A stretch of 46,565 nucleotides of DNA from an uncultured Victivallales bacterium (GTDB lineage Bacteria; Verrucomicrobiota; Lentisphaeria; Victivallales; GWF2-38-69), in contig CAZVCD010000001.1 of NCBI GenBank assembly GCA_964625675.1, positions 1 through 46,565 on the forward strand. The letters are read 5' to 3'. Shown here in pieces: positions 19,396 to 27,467 of the stretch. Positions within the stretch are counted from its first letter, which is position 1. Each line of letters begins with the position of its first letter. Made by a program: the position numbers and the translations under genes. A model generated the notes under the pieces. That model ran no database searches and was not told where the DNA came from. It saw nothing but the letters and a program-made list of their open reading frames with translations.

Positions 19396-21405
19396 ATGGA
19401 TTCTTCAAAAAAATCAAAACATGTTATAATGGGAACAGCAGGTCATGTCGACCATGGTAAAACAACTTTAATCAAGGCATTGACCGGAACCGATTGTGAT
19501 ACCCATAAGGAAGAAAAAAAAAGAGGTATCACTATTAATCTCGGATTCACTCACCTTAGTAATCCGGATGGCACACAGATTGGTATAGTTGATGTTCCTG
19601 GACATAAAGACTTTATTAAAACAATGATTTCAGGTGCTGGCGGCATAGATTTTGTTCTCATGATAATAGCTGCAGACAGCAGTATCATGCCGCAAACAAT
19701 TGAACATCTTCGAATACTTGAGATCCTGGGTACAAAAAAGGGAATCATAGCTCTTACTAAAACAGATTTAGTGGACCCCCTTCTCACTGAACTGGCAATA
19801 GAAGAAATCACAAATTTCACAAAAGGAACTTTTCTGGAATCTTCGCCTATAATACAGGTTTCGGCAAAAAATAATATTAATATAGATAAGTTAAAGGAAC
19901 ATATTTACACAACCGCAGCAATGGTAATAAGTGAGAAAACTATCAATTTCCCACAAAACAATGCCCCTTTCCGAATGTATATAGACAGAATTTTTTCTCC
20001 CCCTGGAATAGGTACAGTTATAACCGGCTCTGCAATCAGTGGTCATCTCCGTTTAGAAGATAGTATATATATCCTGCCTGAAGAAAACACCAAACAGAAT
20101 TTCCGCATAAAAAACATGCAACAATATGGTGATAAAGCAGAATTGATCACCTCGGGAGAACGTGCTGCTATAAACGTAACAGGCCTAAAAAAAGAAGATT
20201 TTAAACGTGGCATGCTTATTTCAAACACCAAATTACGCGACACTAAAATAATAGATACAAAAACTGAGTTCTTTCAAAACACCAAAGCCCACAAATCAAG
20301 CGATGTATTTCAGAACAATAATCCTTGGCTACATGTTATTTTTTATATCGGCACCCTGGAGACAAAAGCCAAAATTCATTTCTTAAATAAAACCAATCAC
20401 GAAAATGATAATATCTTTTATACTCAAATACATCTTGATACCCCTTGCATCTGCAGATTTGGAGACAGGTTTGTAATAAGAAACAGCTCAAGGAATACCA
20501 CACTGGGCGGCGGAATAATATTGGATTCCGCACCGCTTCACCATAAAAGACGAACAGAAAAAGTACTGCAAAACCTTAGACTTATTTTATCCAAGGGAAT
20601 CACTGAATTAATAAAGCTTGAGATAAACAAAAATTTTGGAATAATAGATTCACAGGAACTGGCTGAAAATATAAATTTTTCACATTCAGAAATTAAACAG
20701 ATGCTATCTGAAAACTCAGAAGAAATCATAATACTGAAAGACGAAAGCAGTGCATATATTTTAGTGAACAGAAAAAAATACGACACTTTAAACAAACAGT
20801 TAATAAACCGGATACATAAGCACCATAAAGCTCTTCCATTAACTACTTACGGCCTTAGCATAAACGAACTGGAACATCAGCTTAACCTTCAGGACTATAA
20901 AGTTGGGAAAAAACTAATATCACATCTACTCAACTTAAACCTGACAAAAAATAAATTAAAAAAAATAGGCAAAACATGGGCTTTAATAGAACACAACGCA
21001 ACAATCAGCACAAAGCTTAAAAAAGATATTGAGTTTGTAGAGAATATAATAAAACAATCAGGCATGACCGCTCCTCTTATGAATAATATTGTCGATGAAA
21101 GTAAAAATGAGAGGGATATCAATAACACTGAGTTAAAGCAAATTCTAAAGCATTTAACAGGATTAAAAACAATATACAGAGTTGAAGATTCATATATTCA
21201 CTCATATATAGTAAACAAATGCAGAGAAACAATAATATCCTATCTTACCACAAAAACAGATGGAATTACTGTTGCTCAATTCAGAGATTTAGTAAACGGA
21301 AACAGAAAAATATGTCTAATGCTGCTAAGCATATATGATAGAGAAAAGACAACCATAAGAGATGCTGACTTCCGTTACCTTCACTACAAAAACAAACAAG
21401 TTTAA
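19396..21405 (+). CDS. selB: Selenocysteine-specific translation elongation factor SelB
   Basis: 669 aa. GTPase motifs GHVDHGKTTL, DVPGH and TKTD, EF-Tu-like domains II/III, and a long winged-helix C-terminal extension. Confidence 0.9.
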   Translation: MDSSKKSKHVIMGTAGHVDHGKTTLIKALTGTDCDTHKEEKKRGITINLGFTHLSNPDGTQIGIVDVPGHKDFIKTMISGAGGIDFVLMIIAADSSIMPQTIEHLRILEILGTKKGIIALTKTDLVDPLLTELAIEEITNFTKGTFLESSPIIQVSAKNNINIDKLKEHIYTTAAMVISEKTINFPQNNAPFRMYIDRIFSPPGIGTVITGSAISGHLRLEDSIYILPEENTKQNFRIKNMQQYGDKAELITSGERAAINVTGLKKEDFKRGMLISNTKLRDTKIIDTKTEFFQNTKAHKSSDVFQNNNPWLHVIFYIGTLETKAKIHFLNKTNHENDNIFYTQIHLDTPCICRFGDRFVIRNSSRNTTLGGGIILDSAPLHHKRRTEKVLQNLRLILSKGITELIKLEINKNFGIIDSQELAENINFSHSEIKQMLSENSEEIIILKDESSAYILVNRKKYDTLNKQLINRIHKHHKALPLTTYGLSINELEHQLNLQDYKVGKKLISHLLNLNLTKNKLKKIGKTWALIEHNATISTKLKKDIEFVENIIKQSGMTAPLMNNIVDESKNERDINNTELKQILKHLTGLKTIYRVEDSYIHSYIVNKCRETIISYLTTKTDGITVAQFRDLVNGNRKICLMLLSIYDREKTTIRDADFRYLHYKNKQV

Positions 21406-21620
21406 CTTGTTCGCAATATTTATATTGTTTTTTTTGTAACTGTATATAGATTAGATGAGATTTATACCGAAGGTATTTTTATATTTAGCTATTTTGCGAT
21501 ACTTTACCCTCATTTATTTTTATTGTTTTTCTAAAATCATTTCGTCTTGGGTATAACATTCAAGTTAAACTTGTTTTATTATTTCTTTTACATATCTATA
21601 ATTTAAAAAGGTGATTGATA

Positions 21621-22094
21621 ATGAATAATTTAAGAGAGCTTTTAACTCCGGAATTCGTCTGGTGCGTATTGGGGATAATAATGCTACTAGCGGAATTTGC
21701 AATGCCTGGATTTGTAATATTCTTTTTCGGAATTGGTGCATTGTTTGTAGCCCTCCTATGTTTCCTAACAGAAACTCTTTCAATAAACGCACAGCTGATT
21801 ATATTTCTCATCTCCTCTATTTTACTCCTGCTTGTTTTGAGAAGATGGTTCAAAGCTATTTTTCAGGGTATTTTTGGATCAAAAAACAAAATGCCCATTA
21901 ACATAAAAACCAATGTAGGTGAAACAGCTATAGTTACTGAAAAAATAACCCCTTTAGAAAAGGGAAGAATAGAGTTTCACGGTTCTATGTGGTCGGCCGA
22001 ATCAAATACAGAAATAACAGAAGGAACAACAGTCGTTATTATTGAACAAAATAATCTTACTTTTAAAGTAAAACCCAAAGTTAAAAAAAATTAA
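21621..22094 (+). CDS. NfeD-family membrane protein (C-terminal OB-fold)
   Basis: Three N-terminal TM helices plus GRIEFHGSMWSAES...V OB-fold motif. The ATG at 21621 with SD aaaaaggtga is preferred over the TTG at 21615. Confidence 0.8.
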   Translation: MNNLRELLTPEFVWCVLGIIMLLAEFAMPGFVIFFFGIGALFVALLCFLTETLSINAQLIIFLISSILLLLVLRRWFKAIFQGIFGSKNKMPINIKTNVGETAIVTEKITPLEKGRIEFHGSMWSAESNTEITEGTTVVIIEQNNLTFKVKPKVKKN

Positions 22095-22123
22095 ATAAGA
22101 ATCTAACAAAGAGGAAACAAATC

Positions 22124-23062
22124 ATGGTCATTAATACAGGCACAATCGTGCTAATTATTGTCGTCGTTTTCATTATTCTGGTTATCGCTAAAAGTGTAAA
22201 AATAGTACCGCAAAGAACCGCTTATATTGTTGAACGTCTTGGAAAATACAAAGGTACCCTAGAAGCAGGTCTTCATATCCTTATTCCTTTTATCGACAAG
22301 TTAGCCTACATACACACACTAAAAGAACAAGCCGTGGATGTACCCCCTCAATCGTGTATTACAAAAGATAATATCTGTGTAGAAGTTGACGGTATTCTGT
22401 ACATGCAGGTTGTAGACCCTCAGAGAGCTTCCTACGGTATCAGAAATTACTCATATGCATCCATCCAACTGGCACAGACTACAATGAGAAGTGTCATGGG
22501 AAAACTCGAACTGGACAAAACATTTGAAGAACGTGATGTAATAAATAAATCTATTGTAGAAGCTGTTGATAAAGCATCTGATCCATGGGGTGTTAAAGTA
22601 TCCAGATATGAAGTGAAGAATATTGCACCACCTCAGAGCATCAAAGAAGCAATGGAAAAACAGATGCGTGCAGAAAGAGAAAAACGTGCAACAATAGCTG
22701 AATCCGAAGGTCAACGACAGGCTGCCATTAATAGAGCTGAAGGTGAAAGACAGGCTGATATAGCACGTTCAGAGGGTGAAAGACAGAAAAAAATGAATGT
22801 AGCTGACGGACAGGCATACGAAATACAGAAAGTTGCACAAGCTACTGCCACCGGACTAAAAGCCGTTGCAGAAGCAATAAATAATGAAGGCGGGACCAAT
22901 GCAGTAAACATGAAGCTTGGTCAACAGTATTTATCTGAATTCGGAAAACTCGCTAAAACAAATAACTCTTTGATCATTCCATCAAACTTAGCCGATATTG
23001 CCAGTATAGTTAAAGTGGCTACAAGCGTAGTTAAAAATACAGATAAACAAGCTAAAGTATAA
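22124..23062 (+). CDS. SPFH/band-7 (stomatin/QmcA-like) protein
   Basis: 312 aa. N-terminal TM helix, SPFH core (VPQRTAYIVERLGKY...) and an ER/EA-rich coiled-coil repeat region. SD agaggaaa. Confidence 0.9.
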   Translation: MVINTGTIVLIIVVVFIILVIAKSVKIVPQRTAYIVERLGKYKGTLEAGLHILIPFIDKLAYIHTLKEQAVDVPPQSCITKDNICVEVDGILYMQVVDPQRASYGIRNYSYASIQLAQTTMRSVMGKLELDKTFEERDVINKSIVEAVDKASDPWGVKVSRYEVKNIAPPQSIKEAMEKQMRAEREKRATIAESEGQRQAAINRAEGERQADIARSEGERQKKMNVADGQAYEIQKVAQATATGLKAVAEAINNEGGTNAVNMKLGQQYLSEFGKLAKTNNSLIIPSNLADIASIVKVATSVVKNTDKQAKV

Positions 23063-23075
23063 TATTCACACGGTA

Positions 23076-23112
23076 GGGGCATAAAATTTTATGCCCCCCT
23101 ACATTTATTTTT
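23076..23112 (+). terminator. Rho-independent terminator-like hairpin after the SPFH gene
   Basis: Perfect palindrome ggggcataaaattttatgcccc (23076-23097) followed by a T-rich tract. Confidence 0.55.
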
Positions 23113-23535
23113 ATGCAACATTATTTTATAATCGGAACTGTTATTCTCTTGTTGTTCTGTCTGATATGGAGGTTCTTTTCCATAAAGGCGCAGAAGGAGC
23201 TTTCTATCAAGGACAAAATGCTTTTCATACAGCAGGTAACAAATATCAACAAATATTCAATTTCTGTTTTGATTGCCACCTCTGTGCTGTTTTTTACAGG
23301 AATGCGCCATCTCAATTTTACAGGCTCCGCTATAATACTAACATTTATATTAATAGTAATTCTCTATACGGCTGTTTTTTCCTTCTTTATTGCAAAGGAA
23401 ATAAATCAGTTAAAACTCCCTGCTAAAATAACTTTATACTATGTTACATCGAGGGCTTTTTTACTTTTCGGACTTGGCATATTCATATTATCCCTCTTTC
23501 TTTGTTTCAGCAGTAGAGCTGTTTTAGTATATTAA
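23113..23535 (+). CDS. Hypothetical 4-TM membrane protein
   Basis: 140-aa ORF with four hydrophobic segments. No recognisable family. It starts immediately after the hairpin. Confidence 0.4.
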   Translation: MQHYFIIGTVILLLFCLIWRFFSIKAQKELSIKDKMLFIQQVTNINKYSISVLIATSVLFFTGMRHLNFTGSAIILTFILIVILYTAVFSFFIAKEINQLKLPAKITLYYVTSRAFLLFGLGIFILSLFLCFSSRAVLVY

Positions 23536-23547
23536 AAACAAAAAACT

Positions 23548-23586
23548 CTTTTCACCACTAATAGACACTAATGAACACTAATAAAA
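23548..23586 (+). repeat. CAC(T/G)AAT-unit repeat element, locus 2 arm A
   Basis: Sequence cttttcaccactaatagacactaatgaacactaataaaa. It matches the reverse complement of 37583-37615 at 32 of 33 positions. Confidence 0.8.
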
Positions 23587-23634
23587 TTCACAGCTGAGGA
23601 ACTGTAAAGCTCGCCAAAAACAAAAAAATAATTT

Positions 23635-23662
23635 CGGTGTTTTCAGTGTATTCCGTGGTAAG
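23635..23662 (-). repeat. CAC(T/G)AAT-unit repeat element, locus 2 arm B (degenerate, inverted)
   Basis: Sequence cggtgttttcagtgtattccgtggtaag. Its reverse complement carries cacggaata/cactgaaaa units, facing arm A about 50 nt away. Confidence 0.5.
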
Positions 23663-23678
23663 AACAAAGTAATTTAAT

Positions 23679-24193
23679 ATGAAAAGACAACAACAAATTC
23701 GATACTGCCCTAAATGCGGAGCTGAAGAATTTATCCAGAAATCAGAAAAAAATTTCTCTGCAATAAATGTCATTTTAATTTTTATTTGAACACAGCAGCA
23801 GCTGTTGCCGGAATTATTAAGGATAGCTCAAGTAGAATTTTGATGACAATTAGAAGATTTGACCCCATGGCAGGCAAACTCGACCTTCCGGGCGGTTTTG
23901 TCGATATGAATGAAACAGCAGAAGAAGCTTTAACAAGGGAAATAAAAGAAGAACTTAATCTGGACATAGCAAGTTTAAGTTATTATACTTCTATTCCTAA
24001 TATTTATCTTTTTAAAGACGTAACGTATAACACACTGGATCTTATTTATTTCTGTTCAGTAAAAAACTTCAAACATATAAAAGCCAGCGATGATGTCTCT
24101 GGATATAAATTTTTAAATATCGATGACATAGACACAGACAATGATGTAGGACTAAACTCAATAAAACGTATTATTAGACAGCTACAAAATTGA
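23679..24193 (+). pseudogene. NUDIX hydrolase with N-terminal zinc ribbon, interrupted by a frameshift at an A7 run
   Basis: Frame 1 (ATG 23679) encodes MKRQQQIRYCPKCGAEEFIQKSEK and stops at 23787-23789. The -1 frame continues FLCNKCHFNFYLNTAAAV... into ORF 23786..24193, which carries the Nudix box GGFVDMNETAEEALTREIKEELN. The junction is at a7 (23746-23752). Confidence 0.75.
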
Positions 24194-24236
24194 AACTGTA
24201 TCAAATATTCCAAATGTAGGTAAATTTGTTGGAGTT

Positions 24237-24256
24237 CAAGCTTTAGCTTGTTTTTT
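24237..24256 (+). terminator. Small intrinsic terminator after the NUDIX gene
   Basis: Stem caagc, loop ttta, stem gcttg, followed by tttttt. It is nested in a larger 8-bp inverted repeat gttggagt/actccaac (24228-24293). Confidence 0.45.
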
Positions 24257-24319
24257 AGACTAATGCTTTCCACACCAAAGTGTGTACTCCAACAAAAATA
24301 AGCCTTGTGATACTACCAT

Positions 24320-24611
24320 TCATCCTTCTATAATTTTCTTTAATGTATTTAGGTAGTTTTTAAAATTATCTTTACCCAAATCAATTATTTTATAAGTTGT
24401 TTTAGGTTTATTTTTAACAAAACATTTAGTCATACTCACATATTTTTTAGCTATTAAAACTTTCATATGAACTCATATGTCCATCAGTTAAACCAAGATA
24501 TTTTTTAAGAGACGTATAATCGCATTCTGTGCAATTTATTAAATATGCGATTATACGGGTCCTTACAGGCTGATGGATAACTTCATCAAGTTGTATTACA
24601 TTATCCATCAT
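24320..24611 (-). pseudogene. ArsR-like winged-helix transcriptional regulator, frameshifted
   Basis: Part 1 (24611..24447) reads MMDNVIQLDEVIHQPVRTRIIAYL...LGLTDGHMSS. Part 2 (24466..24320), in another frame, reads (H)MKVLIAKKYVSMTKCFVKNKPKTTYKIIDLGKDNFKNYL. Joined, they give the canonical HQPxR...TDGxxSxHxxxLxxxxYV...KPKTxYxxTxxG pattern. Confidence 0.65.
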
Positions 24612-24923
24612 TTACCTCTCTATATTTTTCATAGAAATACCCATTACAATATAAGTAATCCCCAGGTACGCCATAAAGAATATCCATAAGTAACTTAAGT
24701 TCAGAGTTGTTAGGATCATATATATTAATCCCAATATTATATACGACCCGGAAATAGTTTCTACAGTTTTATTTGTAAATCTTCCGAGCAAATTAAAGAA
24801 TATACCTAAAAATAAAAAGACAATAGGAAATGCCAGAGCCCCCTGTCCTATCGCACAAAGTACAACTGCTGATGCAAGCATTGTATAAATTATTGGCACA
24901 TGAACTGCAAAAGCTTTTTTCAT
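24612..24923 (-). CDS. Hypothetical small membrane protein (3-4 TM)
   Basis: The ATG at 24923 (MKKAFAVHV...) is preferred to the TTG at 24989. The stop at 24612 abuts the ATG of the downstream wHTH gene. Confidence 0.45.
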   Translation of the reverse strand: MKKAFAVHVPIIYTMLASAVVLCAIGQGALAFPIVFLFLGIFFNLLGRFTNKTVETISGSYIILGLIYMILTTLNLSYLWIFFMAYLGITYIVMGISMKNIER

Positions 24924-25081
24924 TGCAGTATTTGGAGACTTATGATGCTTTTCTTTGTTACTCTTACAAAAAACTCTTATAATTACCAAAAAAAGGTAGT
25001 ATTCACATTACGGCAATTGAAGTTTGTTCCAAAATAAACAGTGCTATGCAGGAGTTAAGTAGTCTGATTGTTTGACAGAGT

Positions 25082-26176
25082 TTAAGTTCTAATAAATCTG
25101 GCAGCGTTGGCCTTAAAGCTAACAAAAACTTTTTTATTGATGCATAGGTCGAGTTTTTTCAGGGAAGTTTCTGTTATTAAAGAGGAAACAACAGCACCGC
25201 CAATATCTACAGTTACTTCAATTCCGTTTCTAACTGTTTCAATGTCTGTTATGCGTCCCTCAAACGAGTTGCGCGCACTTGATTCATGATATGAATTTGA
25301 AACTGTTATATCTTCACTTCTTAAAACCAAACACCCTTCTCCGATTTCATCAGGTACAGATATATAAAATGTCTTACTGTTCTCTCCAGCATCAATAACA
25401 AATCCAGTAGTACCGAGATTATCTTTTAGCAATCTCCCTCTATAAAAATTCTTTATTCCTATAAACTTTGCAATGAAACCGGACTTTGGATGTCGAAATA
25501 TATCTTTAGGTTCACCAACCTGTATTATTTTGCCATTTTCGAACACAGCCACTCTATCCGCCAGAGCGATTGCCTCTTCATAATCATGTGTTACATGTAT
25601 TATTGTCTGTTTTTTATTACTACTGCTATTAGAAAAACCGTTTCTGTTAATACTTCTTAGAAGCCTTCTTATTTCCGCTTTTGTCTGAGTATCAAGTGAA
25701 GATAAAGGTTCATCCAACAAAAGACAGGCAGGCTCTGTAACCAGTGTTCTCGCCAGGGCCACTCGCTGACTTTCTCCCAAAGATAAAGTAGAGGGGTTAC
25801 GATCAAGCAGATGTGAAATTCCCAAGACTTCCGTAACTTCAGTTACTTTAGTCTGAACATTAGATCTTCTCTTTTTTACCGCCTTTAACGGATATAATAT
25901 ATTGTCCTTAACCGAAATATGTGGAAAAAGAGATTGATTCTGAAAAACAAGACCAATATTACGCTTTTGTATTTTTTCATGAGTCATTTCTTTATTGTCA
26001 ATAAAAATTTGTCCTTTATCAGGTATAAGCAGACCGGCTATTATCTCCAGCAACACACTTTTACCAGCACCGGACTTACCTAAAATTACAAAATATTCTC
26101 CTTCTTTTATCTCAAGAGAAATTTCTTTTATTTTAAATTCACCAATTTTTTTTGAAATATTCTGTATTTTAAGCAT
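25082..26176 (-). CDS. wtpC: Tungstate/molybdate-type ABC transporter ATP-binding protein with C-terminal TOBE/Mop domain
   Basis: 364 aa. Walker A GKSGAGKSV, signature LSLGESQRV, Walker B LLLDEP, and a C-terminal EGRITDIE...VFVSFKANA TOBE fold. Confidence 0.8.
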   Translation of the reverse strand: MLKIQNISKKIGEFKIKEISLEIKEGEYFVILGKSGAGKSVLLEIIAGLLIPDKGQIFIDNKEMTHEKIQKRNIGLVFQNQSLFPHISVKDNILYPLKAVKKRRSNVQTKVTEVTEVLGISHLLDRNPSTLSLGESQRVALARTLVTEPACLLLDEPLSSLDTQTKAEIRRLLRSINRNGFSNSSSNKKQTIIHVTHDYEEAIALADRVAVFENGKIIQVGEPKDIFRHPKSGFIAKFIGIKNFYRGRLLKDNLGTTGFVIDAGENSKTFYISVPDEIGEGCLVLRSEDITVSNSYHESSARNSFEGRITDIETVRNGIEVTVDIGGAVVSSLITETSLKKLDLCINKKVFVSFKANAARFIRT

Positions 26177-26269
26177 TTATTATCTTTTCTCTATAATTAC
26201 AGTTTAAAGACCGCGCCGCGTGTCTCTACAATCACTCCATCATTATAATTTAGACCTTGCTAAATAATT

Positions 26270-26308
26270 CAATTCCCCTCCTCGGAGGGGATTAAGGGGT
26301 GGGTTTTT
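26270..26308. repeat. GC-rich hairpin element in the permease-ATPase spacer
   Basis: Sequence cccctcctcggagggg attaaggggtgggttttt. It has a 6-bp GC stem and sits inside an unusual 139-nt intercistronic gap (26177-26315) that is GC-rich relative to its surroundings. Confidence 0.55.
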
Positions 26309-26315
26309 CTAAATT

Positions 26316-27128
26316 CTACCCATCATACCTTGCATTTCTATTTCGGTTACTGCTGCTTGACAGAAACCTGAAAAAAATAAAAACAACAAGGCATACTAAA
26401 ACAAACAGCACGGCAACAGGCTGAGCATATTTTAATCCATAAGCAGTAAATCTTTCGTAAATCAAAACAGATGTAACCGCCGGATGATACGCTATAATAA
26501 CAATAGCTCCAAATTCACTGAGTCCTCTTGCCCACATCATCACAAAACCAGATAAAACTGCGCGCCAGGCCAACGGCAAACTAACAGTAAAAAACACACG
26601 ACTAGGAGATGCGCCAAGGGTATATGCAACTTTTTCCAGCCGAACTGGTACTGATTCAAATCCTTCTCTCGCACCATTTATCAAAAAAGGCAGGCTTATA
26701 AAAGCCATTGCTATCATAATTCCGGCAGGACTGTCTATAAATGAAAGACCGAATTTATCTGCTATTCCGCCCACAAAACTATCCCTGGAAAGCACACCTA
26801 AAACAGCTATTCCTGCAGCAGAATGAGGAATAACAACCGGAATATCAATAATACCGCAAAGTAAACGTTTAAAGGGGAAGTTTTTCCTGGCCAGCAAATA
26901 AGCAAAAGGCACTGCTAATATTGAAAAAAGGAAGGTCGCAAGTATTGATGTCCACAATGTCAGCCAAATACTGTCTGTAACAGTACTGTCTTTCGCTACT
27001 CCAAGAAGACTATCAAAAGAACATCCAAAGAACATCCCGAGTAAAGGTGCTAAAATAAACAAAAGAATCAATCCACCTAAAAAGGTTAGAAATAATTCAA
27101 ACAAACTTAGTTTTTTATTTTTAAACAT
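26316..27128 (-). CDS. wtpB: Tungstate/molybdate-type ABC transporter permease
   Basis: 270 aa, 6 TM helices. DIPVVIPHSAAGIAVLG and LGASPSRVFF (EAA-like) motifs resemble WtpB/CysTW permeases. Confidence 0.75.
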   Translation of the reverse strand: MFKNKKLSLFELFLTFLGGLILLFILAPLLGMFFGCSFDSLLGVAKDSTVTDSIWLTLWTSILATFLFSILAVPFAYLLARKNFPFKRLLCGIIDIPVVIPHSAAGIAVLGVLSRDSFVGGIADKFGLSFIDSPAGIMIAMAFISLPFLINGAREGFESVPVRLEKVAYTLGASPSRVFFTVSLPLAWRAVLSGFVMMWARGLSEFGAIVIIAYHPAVTSVLIYERFTAYGLKYAQPVAVLFVLVCLVVFIFFRFLSSSSNRNRNARYDG

Positions 27129-27467
27129 CTTTTTTTCTCGTTAACATTCAAGCTTATATGGCAAGCAACCAAAGTAGGCGGCACTGAAAAAGTGATTTAT
27201 TATCCTATAGCAAAACATACAATAATTCAAATAAGAAGTTTTTTCACGCCTTTTAAGAAAATAAACTATATGATATAGCGTATTCATATCTTACAAATAA
27301 GCCCAAAAAAAATAGTTCTGGTATACCAATACAATATTGCAACAATCTTGAGATCTGTTATAATTAATAGTTGAGTTATCTAAAAATTTGCACTGATACA
27401 CACAAAAACATACAATCTATTATTAATATAATATAAATTACCACACATACTTAAGGAGTTATTTACT

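Noticed and set aside
23091-23426. 111-aa ORF in an alternative frame to the 140-aa membrane-protein ORF
   Set aside because: It overlaps 23113..23535 on the same strand. It starts inside the terminator hairpin and encodes a Cys/Tyr/Phe-rich non-membrane sequence without features. The 140-aa frame gives four clean TM segments.
23548-23662. Tandem CACTAAT units considered as a CRISPR-like array
   Set aside because: The units are 9-10 nt and directly abutting, without spacers. The loci consist of two inverted arms. No cas genes are present. Classified as REP/MITE-like repeats instead.
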